Shown in pieces: positions 35,074 through 41,461 of a stretch of DNA of 41,461 nucleotides. The position numbers were made by a program, and so were the translations under genes. Source of the DNA: Stellaceae bacterium (GTDB lineage: Bacteria; Pseudomonadota; Alphaproteobacteria; ATCC43930; CGMCC-115725); the NCBI GenBank assembly GCA_035507475.1, contig DATJOB010000420.1, forward strand, positions 1-41,461, written 5' to 3'. The notes below the pieces were generated by a model. The model had not been told where the DNA came from. It ran no database searches and saw only the letters and a list, made by a program, of their open reading frames with translations. The stretch's first letter is position 1. Every line of letters begins with the position of its first letter.

Positions 35074-35975
35074 CGCGAGGCCCTCCCGACGGCGATCGCG
35101 CGCCGCGCCAAGGCCATGCTCGCGCCGAGAATGCCGATCGTGACGACGACCAGCGCCACGGTCAGCATGGCGGCTTGCGGCACGTTGTAGGAGACCAGCA
35201 GCGCGTCGTAGACCTCGTTGCCGATCATGCGCACAAAGCGGCCGCCGAGGAGCGCGGGAAGCACATAGGCGCTCGCCGACTCGACGTAGACGAGCACCGC
35301 GCCGGAGATCAGCCCGGGCAGGCTGAGCGGCAGGATCACCTTGCGGAAGACGCCGAGCGGGCTGGCGCCGAGATTGCGCGCCGCCTCTTCGAGACTGGGC
35401 GGGATCCGCTCGATCGAGGCGACGAGAGGCAGCACCATGAACGGCAGCAGCAGGTGCGACAGCCCGACGAGCACGGCGGGTTCGCTGAACAACAGCTGCT
35501 GCCTCCCGGCGCCGCAGGCGACCAGCACCGTGTTGACGAGGCCGTTGCGGTCGAGCAGCACGTACCAGCCGAGCGCCCGCACCACCGGGCTCACCATCAG
35601 CGGCGTCAGCAGCAGGAAAAACCCGAGCGACGCCAGGGCGCCCTTGGCGCGCGCCAGCGCATAGGCGAGCGGATATCCGAGCACGACGCAGATCGCCGTG
35701 GTCTTGAGCGCGATCCCGGCGGTGCGGCCGATGAGCCGCAGAAAATAGGGATCGGCGAGCTGGGCATAATTCCGCAGCGTCAGGACCGGCAGCGCGACCC
35801 CGGTCGTCGAGTAGGTGAAGAAGCTGTAGACCGTGACGATGCCGAGCGGCACCAGCAGGACGAGGACCAGATAGAGCGCATAGGGCGCGGCGAGCAGCGT
35901 CCCCCACGAGGCGATCCGGGCGCGCGGCTCGCCGGCGTCGTCCAGCGAGGCGGCGGTATGCGAGATCGCGGTCAT
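35070..35975 (-). CDS. ABC transporter permease (PotB-like)
   Basis: EAA loop LEEAARNLGASPLGVFRKVILP. ATGA overlap with the ATPase gene. Confidence 0.88.
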   Translation of the reverse strand: MTAISHTAASLDDAGEPRARIASWGTLLAAPYALYLVLVLLVPLGIVTVYSFFTYSTTGVALPVLTLRNYAQLADPYFLRLIGRTAGIALKTTAICVVLGYPLAYALARAKGALASLGFFLLLTPLMVSPVVRALGWYVLLDRNGLVNTVLVACGAGRQQLLFSEPAVLVGLSHLLLPFMVLPLVASIERIPPSLEEAARNLGASPLGVFRKVILPLSLPGLISGAVLVYVESASAYVLPALLGGRFVRMIGNEVYDALLVSYNVPQAAMLTVALVVVTIGILGASMALARRAIAVGRASR

Positions 35976-37060
35976 GGCGCAAGCACGTGCAGATCGGCGG
36001 GCTCGGCCGACAGCGCGACGCGCGCGCCGGGGACGAGCGTGCGGCTGCGCGCGTCGGATTTGGCGGTCACCATCAACTCGACCGCGCCGTCGAGCTGCAC
36101 CGTGAGCGACACGTCCTCGCCGAGATAGACGATGTCGCCCAGCGTCCCGGTGAAGCGGTTCTCGGCGGCCTCGCTGCCCGGCCAGTCGATCCGGATCCGC
36201 TCGGGGCGCAGCATCAGGGTCAGTGCGCCGCGCGGCGCCGGCCCCGGCCATTCCGCGATCAACCGCAGCGTCTCGCCCACCGCGACCGTCAGCCGCCCCT
36301 CGACCGCGCCCAGGACCTCGCCGCGCACGAGATTGGCGGTGCCGATGAAGTCGGCGACGAAGGCGCTCGCCGGCCGCTCGTAGATCTCGCGAGGCGAGCC
36401 GATCTGTTCGATCCGGCCGTGCGACAGGACCGCGATGCGGTCCGACAGGGCGAGCGCCTCGGCCTGGTCGTGCGTCACGTAGATCGTGGTCTTGCCGAGC
36501 CGGCGCTGCAATTCCCGCAGCTCGCGCCGCATCTGCAGCCGCAGCTTTAGGTCGAGATTGGAGAGCGGCTCGTCGAACAGGATGACGCGCGGCTCCATCA
36601 CCACCGCGCGCGCGATGGCGACCCGCTGCTGCTGGCCGCCCGAGAGCTGCGCGGGCAGGCGCCGGCAGACATCGCCGAGCCCGACCAGCTCGAGCATCGC
36701 GCCGACGCGGCGGTCGATCTCGCGCCTATCGACGCGGGCGAGCCGCAGGCCGAAGGCGACATTCTCGTAGACCGTCAAATGCGGGAACAGCGCGTAGTTC
36801 TGGAACACCAGCCCGACATTGCGCTTATGCGCCGGCTGGCGGTCGAGCCTGACATCGCCAAGGTGGATGGTCCCCGCGGTCAGCTCCTCGAACCCGGCGA
36901 TGCAGCGCAGCGTCGTCGTCTTGCCGCAACCGCTCGGGCCGAGCAGCGACAGGTATTCGCCGGGATAGACTTCGAATGAGATCGGTCCGATCGTCACCTG
37001 CGGCGCGTAGCGCTTGACCAGTCCCTCGACCCGCAAATCCGGTGCGCCATCGGCCCGCAT
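35972..37060 (-). CDS. ABC transporter ATP-binding protein (PotA-like)
   Basis: Walker [10 protein letters not shown], signature [14 protein letters not shown], Walker B ILFDEPLS, and a C-terminal TOBE-like regulatory domain. Confidence 0.92.
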   Translation of the reverse strand: MRADGAPDLRVEGLVKRYAPQVTIGPISFEVYPGEYLSLLGPSGCGKTTTLRCIAGFEELTAGTIHLGDVRLDRQPAHKRNVGLVFQNYALFPHLTVYENVAFGLRLARVDRREIDRRVGAMLELVGLGDVCRRLPAQLSGGQQQRVAIARAVVMEPRVILFDEPLSNLDLKLRLQMRRELRELQRRLGKTTIYVTHDQAEALALSDRIAVLSHGRIEQIGSPREIYERPASAFVADFIGTANLVRGEVLGAVEGRLTVAVGETLRLIAEWPGPAPRGALTLMLRPERIRIDWPGSEAAENRFTGTLGDIVYLGEDVSLTVQLDGAVELMVTAKSDARSRTLVPGARVALSAEPADLHVLAP

Positions 37061-37086
37061 GATCTATCGACACTCGCACAGACGGG

Positions 37087-38166
37087 TCAGCTTCCCAGCA
37101 CCTGCTTGTTCCAGTGGTCGAGGTTGACGGCGCGGGTCTTGTTGATCTCGACCCAGTCGAGCTTGATCGCGTGGGCGAGGTCCTGCTCGGTCACCGCATA
37201 GCGCGCCATCGCCGGCGGCAACACCGCCTTGCGGTTCGACGGCGGATAGCGGAAGCGCTCGGTCATGATCAGCTGGTACTCGGGCGTGAAGGTCGCATTG
37301 ACGAAGGCGTTGGCCAGATCGTGCAACGGCGTCGCCTTCATGATCACGTATCCGGCGTTGAGCAGGACCGTGCCGGGAACATAGGCGATCTTGACCGGGA
37401 CCCCGGCCTCTTGCAGTGCCGAGGTGCGGCCGTTGAAGAACGGCGCGATGACGACCTCCTCGCGCTGGAAGGCCTGCACCGTCTGGTCGGCATTTTCGAG
37501 GATTACCGCCTGGTTCTTGCGGACCAGGTCGGCGATCGCCGCCAGCCCCTTGCTGGCGTCGCTCTCGGTCCCGCCTAGCGTGCGGTTGACCTCGTGCAGC
37601 CACAGCATGCCGTACCAGCCGAAGGCGGGGATGCCGACGCGGCCCTTGTATTTGGGGTTCCACATTTCCTCGAACGAGGTGGGCGTGTTCGTCACGAATT
37701 TCGTGTTGTAGGTGAGCGCCCAGACCGTCAGGACGAGCGAGCCGAACCATTCCTGCATGCCATCGCGCGGGTCTTGCGTGGCGATCGGGTAGAGATCCTT
37801 GAAGTTCGGCACGAGCGCCGGATCGTAAGCCTGCACGCAGCCGCTGTCGGCCAGCAGGATCGCCTCGGGGTCGCCGTGTTGCGACACCGAGAACGGCGGA
37901 TTGTTCGGCTGCGCCAAGATTTTCGAGACGGCGACGCTCTCGATCTGCGTCGCCTGCTCGATCGGCACCTTGAACTTCTCGGCAAGGTTGGGCGCGGTGA
38001 TGAACGAGGCGCGGATCCCGTCGCCCCAGCTGCCGCCGGTCGAGGCTACGACGAACTTCTCTTCCGCCATCGCCGAGCGCAGCCCGCCCATCTCGACCGC
38101 GCCAATCGCCGCCGCACCCGCGGCGACGCTCTGCAGCAGCTCGCGCCGCGACAATTCCCGAGCCAT
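37087..38166 (-). CDS. ABC transporter periplasmic substrate-binding protein (PotD/PotF-like) with a Tat signal
   Basis: Start at ATG 38166, preceded by GGGAGG. Twin-arginine leader MARELSRRELLQSVAAGAAAIGA...AMA. PBP2 fold (ASTGGSWGD). Confidence 0.88.
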   Translation of the reverse strand: MARELSRRELLQSVAAGAAAIGAVEMGGLRSAMAEEKFVVASTGGSWGDGIRASFITAPNLAEKFKVPIEQATQIESVAVSKILAQPNNPPFSVSQHGDPEAILLADSGCVQAYDPALVPNFKDLYPIATQDPRDGMQEWFGSLVLTVWALTYNTKFVTNTPTSFEEMWNPKYKGRVGIPAFGWYGMLWLHEVNRTLGGTESDASKGLAAIADLVRKNQAVILENADQTVQAFQREEVVIAPFFNGRTSALQEAGVPVKIAYVPGTVLLNAGYVIMKATPLHDLANAFVNATFTPEYQLIMTERFRYPPSNRKAVLPPAMARYAVTEQDLAHAIKLDWVEINKTRAVNLDHWNKQVLGS

Positions 38167-38237
38167 ACCGGCCTCCCGTCTTTGCGATATTGTTGACCCC
38201 CGCATCCGCGATGCAAAAGTGATTTCTACTTTTCTCT

Positions 38238-38256
38238 TCATGACTTAAAGTCATGA
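38238..38256. promoter_or_regulatory. Perfect palindrome TCATGACTT-A-AAGTCATGA in the lysR / ABC-operon divergent region (candidate LysR box)
   Basis: 9-bp perfect arms with a 1-nt centre, in the only AT-rich patch. It ends 4 nt before the LysR GTG and lies 72-90 nt upstream of the SBP start. Confidence 0.45.
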
Positions 38257-38260
38257 CCTC

Positions 38261-39229
38261 GTGAGACCGCATATCCCGTCGCTGAGCGCACTGCAGGCCT
38301 TCGAGGCTGCGGCCCGGCTGCTGAGTTTCACGCGCGCGGCGGACGAGCTCAACATTACCCAGAGCGCGATAAGCCGTCATATCTCGGGTCTCGAAGCGCG
38401 CCTCGGCGTGAAGCTGTTCCGCCGCGAGCGCCGACGCATCAATCTCTCCGATGCCGGCGCGGCCTATCTCCCCGAGGTGCGGGCGAGCCTCGACCGGATC
38501 GAGGCTTCGACCCAGCAGATCCTGACCCACCGGCGCGGCGCCGGTGCGCTCAATCTCGCGACGCTGCCGACGTTCGGCGCCAAATGGCTGGCCCCGCGCC
38601 TCGCCGAATTCCAGGCGCTGCACCCGAACATCGTGATGAATTTTGCGGTCCGCACCGAACCGTTCGATTTCGCCGGCTCGGACCTCGACGCCGCGATCCA
38701 TTTCGGGCTGCTGGTTTGGCCCAATGTCGTCGCCGAACGGCTGATCGGCGAGGAGCTCGTCCCCGTCTGCAGCCGGCGCTTGAAGGCGTCGCTCGACGCG
38801 GCCGGCGGGCCGCAGGAACTGACCCGCTTTCCGCTGCTCGAACTGACGCCGCTGGCGGATGCGTGGGACCAGTGGCTGCGCGCCGCCGGCGCGGCGCGGC
38901 AGGGCAGCGGCAAGGGCTTCCGCTTCGAGCATTTCACGATGGCGATCCAGGCGACGATTTCGCATGCCGGCATCCTTCTGGTGCCGCATTTCCTGGTGGC
39001 CGACGACATCCGCGAAGGCCGGCTCGCCGTCGCCTATCCGATGGCGACGTCGACCGAGATGGCCTACTACCTGATCTATCCGCAAGCGAAGGCGAACCTG
39101 CCGGCATTCGGCGCCTTTCGCGCCTGGATACTGGAGCGCGCCGCGGCGACCGAAGAGGAATGCCGCGAATTCTTCTCGACCGCGAATTCGGGCGGCGGGC
39201 GGCGAAACGCGCAGCAACCCGCGGCGTGA
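38261..39229 (+). CDS. LysR-family transcriptional regulator (GcvA-like)
   Basis: LSALQAFEAAARLLSFTRAADELNITQSAISRHISGLEARLGVKLFRR HTH, plus a C-terminal substrate-binding domain. It is divergent from the ABC/hydantoinase operon. Confidence 0.9.
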   Translation: MRPHIPSLSALQAFEAAARLLSFTRAADELNITQSAISRHISGLEARLGVKLFRRERRRINLSDAGAAYLPEVRASLDRIEASTQQILTHRRGAGALNLATLPTFGAKWLAPRLAEFQALHPNIVMNFAVRTEPFDFAGSDLDAAIHFGLLVWPNVVAERLIGEELVPVCSRRLKASLDAAGGPQELTRFPLLELTPLADAWDQWLRAAGAARQGSGKGFRFEHFTMAIQATISHAGILLVPHFLVADDIREGRLAVAYPMATSTEMAYYLIYPQAKANLPAFGAFRAWILERAAATEEECREFFSTANSGGGRRNAQQPAA

Positions 39230-39283
39230 GTGCCCGGCGAGGCGCGCGGAGCGTCGGTTTCGCCGCGTCCTCCGGCGTCCCGG

Positions 39284-39886
39284 TCAGCGGGCGGCGATAA
39301 GCTCCTCGACGTCGCGCAGCCGGTCCTTGCCGAAGAAAATCTCGTCGCCGACAAAAAAAGTCGGCGATCCGAAGGTGCCGCGCGCGACCGACCGTTCGGT
39401 ATTCGCCAGCAACGCCCCCTTGATCTCGGGATCCTGGACGAGGTCCGCGAACCGGGGCGCGTCGAAGCCCGCCGCGACGAGCACGCCCCGCCACAGCTCC
39501 GGGTCGTCCAGCTTCTTCGGCTCCGACCACATGTGCCGGAACATCTCGTCGACATAGCGCTCGAACACTCCGAGCCTTTGCGCCGCGACCGCGCCGCGCA
39601 TCAAGGTCAGCGTGTTGACCGGGAAGAACGGATTGCGATGGAAATCGCGGATGCCGTGCTGTCTGACGAAGCGTTCGGTCTCCAGTTGCGCGTATTCGGC
39701 CTTGTTCCTGATCCCGGCGAAGGCTTCGGCCGGCGATCGATTGCCGGTCAGCTTGAAGACGCCGCCCAACAGCACCGGGACATAGTCGAAACGGGCGCCG
39801 CTGCGCCGCTCGACTGCCGGGATCGCCCGGTGCGCCAGATAGGCGTTGGGACTGCCGAAATCGAAGTGGAATTCAACGCGGGTCAT
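39284..39886 (-). CDS. 2-hydroxychromene-2-carboxylate isomerase family protein (DsbA-like thioredoxin fold)
   Basis: Family hallmarks: VEFHFDFGSPNAYL N-terminus and GTFGSPTFFVGDEIFFGKDRL C-terminus. Confidence 0.85.
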   Translation of the reverse strand: MTRVEFHFDFGSPNAYLAHRAIPAVERRSGARFDYVPVLLGGVFKLTGNRSPAEAFAGIRNKAEYAQLETERFVRQHGIRDFHRNPFFPVNTLTLMRGAVAAQRLGVFERYVDEMFRHMWSEPKKLDDPELWRGVLVAAGFDAPRFADLVQDPEIKGALLANTERSVARGTFGSPTFFVGDEIFFGKDRLRDVEELIAAR

Positions 39887-39890
39887 GGCG

Positions 39891-40634
39891 TCACCATTTC
39901 TCGCCGAACGGCCGGATCTCGCGCTCGAACGACCAGGCGTCGCGCGGCTCCTGATAGATCTGCCAGTAGGCCTCGGCGACCGCCGCCGGGCGCATCAAGC
40001 GACCCGGATCGAGACCGGCGAGCGCCGCCTCGCCTTCGCGCGCCTTGATGCGTTCGCGCACCCATTCGGTATCGACGCCCGCGTCGATGATCAGATGGGC
40101 GACATGGATGCCCTTGGGCCCGAGTTCGCGGGCGGTGCTCTGCGCCACGGCGCGCAGGCCGAACTTGGCGCTGGCAAAGGCGGCATAGCCGATCCCGCCG
40201 CGCAAGCTCGCGGTCGCGCCGGTGAAGAAGATGCTGCCGTGCCCGCGCGGCACCATCAGCGCCGCCGCCTCGCGCGCGCTGAGGAAGCCGGCGTAGCAGG
40301 CGAGCTCCCAGACCTTGCGAAACACGCGCTCGGTCGTCTCGAGCAGCGGGAAATTGACGTTGGCGCCGATATTGAAGACGCAGACGTCGAGCGGGGCGGC
40401 CGCTTCGGCCTCGCGCAGGAAGGCGGCGAGGTCGTCTTCCTTGCGGGCGTCGAGCGAGCGGCCGGCGATCCGGCCGCCAGCCGCCTCGATCTCGGCGACG
40501 AGCGGCGCGAGCTTCTCGCCGCGCCGCCGGCCGGCGAAGACGAGGAAACCCTCGGCGGCGAATTTCTTCGCGATCGCCGCGCCGATGTAATCGCCGGCGC
40601 CGATGACGGCGACCGAGCGATTGCGCGGTTCCAC
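39891..40634 (-). CDS. SDR-family oxidoreductase
   Basis: GTG 40634 preceded by GGAGG. Contains VAVIGAGDYIGAAIAKKF (a variant glycine-rich dinucleotide-binding motif) and YAAFASAKFGLRAV (YxxxK). Confidence 0.85.
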   Translation of the reverse strand: MEPRNRSVAVIGAGDYIGAAIAKKFAAEGFLVFAGRRRGEKLAPLVAEIEAAGGRIAGRSLDARKEDDLAAFLREAEAAAPLDVCVFNIGANVNFPLLETTERVFRKVWELACYAGFLSAREAAALMVPRGHGSIFFTGATASLRGGIGYAAFASAKFGLRAVAQSTARELGPKGIHVAHLIIDAGVDTEWVRERIKAREGEAALAGLDPGRLMRPAAVAEAYWQIYQEPRDAWSFEREIRPFGEKW

Positions 40635-40668
40635 GGCCTCCCCTCCGGTCGTCGTCAGCCGGTCGTCG

Positions 40669-41370
40669 TCAGAACGTCTCGACCCAGGGCCGCATGTCGA
40701 CTTCGTGCGACCACGCGCTGCGCGGCTGCCGCAAGACCTCGAGATAGGTCTGGGCGATCGCATCCGGATGGAGGGTGCTGTCGGGCCGGTCGGCGGCATC
40801 GGGGTGCCGCGGCCCCCGCACGCCGCCGTCGATGATGAAATGCGCGACATGGATCCCCAGGGGGCCGAGCTCGCGCGCGGTGCTTTGCGCGAGGCCCCGC
40901 AGCGCAAACTTGCCCATGGCGAAGGCCGCGGAGTGTCGATAGCCCTTGATGCTGGCGCTGGCGCCGGTCAACAGGATGGCGCCGTTGCCCTGAGGGATCA
41001 TCCGGCGGGCCGCCTGCTGCACGACGAGGAACCCGCCAAAGGCCGAGATCTCGACCGCCTTGCGAACCGCCTCGGGGTCGAGCTCGGCGATCGGCCCCGC
41101 CGCGCGGGCGCTTGCGTTGTAGAGCACGACGTCGGGCACCCCGATACGAGCATCCGCCGCGTCGAAAAGGCGCGCCACCGCCGCGGGGTCCGTCGCATCG
41201 ACGGTGAACCGCTCGGCGCCTGTCTCCTGGGCCAGCGGGGCCAGTTTCTCGATGTTGCGGGCGGCCATGCCGACCTTGAGCCCGGCCGCCGCGAGACCGC
41301 GCACGACCGATCCACTGATACCGGGGCCGGCGCCGACGATAAGCGCAATGCGATAGGGGATGGCTGCCAT
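40669..41370 (-). CDS. SDR-family oxidoreductase (paralog of the downstream gene)
   Basis: ATG 41370 preceded by GAGGAG. Contains IALIVGAGPGISGSV and SAAFAMGKFALRGLAQSTARELGP. It is collinear with the neighbouring SDR. Confidence 0.85.
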   Translation of the reverse strand: MAAIPYRIALIVGAGPGISGSVVRGLAAAGLKVGMAARNIEKLAPLAQETGAERFTVDATDPAAVARLFDAADARIGVPDVVLYNASARAAGPIAELDPEAVRKAVEISAFGGFLVVQQAARRMIPQGNGAILLTGASASIKGYRHSAAFAMGKFALRGLAQSTARELGPLGIHVAHFIIDGGVRGPRHPDAADRPDSTLHPDAIAQTYLEVLRQPRSAWSHEVDMRPWVETF

Positions 41371-41461
41371 CACGCGCTCCTCATGCTGAAGATGCGCATA
41401 TAGGTGCATATACCCATTTTATCAATGAGCCAGCTGATCGATGAAGCGCCGGCACCGTTGC

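Overview
This is a roughly 70% GC chromosomal segment that looks alphaproteobacterial, probably Rhizobiales/Hyphomicrobiales-like. That placement is inferred from a MucR/Ros regulator, an EcfG-type promoter, REP-type hairpins and the gene order. Positions 1-21 kb are mostly conserved housekeeping genes: valine catabolism (HIBYL-CoA hydrolase, mmsB), MarR, glyA-nrdR-ribD-ribE-ribH-nusB-thiL, an MFS gene, the H+-pyrophosphatase hppA, and the conserved block bamE / ubiquinol-cyt c chaperone-like / yceD / rpmF-plsX-fabH / ihfA / merR-like / tRNA-Pro(GGG). Embedded in this part is an 820-aa protein with an N-terminal TIR domain, one transmembrane helix and ten indel-free 48-aa helical repeats, lying just downstream of mucR. 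I consider it the most interesting object in the window. After tRNA-Pro the content becomes accessory-like:
- a polysaccharide deacetylase;
- a small hydrophilic protein behind a textbook GGAAC-N17-CGTT general-stress promoter;
- an OFA-type MFS transporter and a methyltransferase;
- a translationally coupled pair made of a four-module rhodanese protein and an epoxide-hydrolase-like protein;
- an intact kdpF-kdpA pair with no kdpB/kdpC anywhere in the flanks;
- a 9-kb tightly coupled operon (PotD/A/B/C-like ABC importer, hydantoinase A/B, and a signal-peptide-less NMT1/THI5-like protein) with a divergent LysR regulator;
- an HCCA-isomerase plus two tandem SDR genes.
No CRISPR array, transposase, integrase or rRNA was seen. 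Many long ORFs in the six-frame track are high-GC shadow frames and were not called. All calls come from reading the translations and the DNA by eye, and no database search was run.
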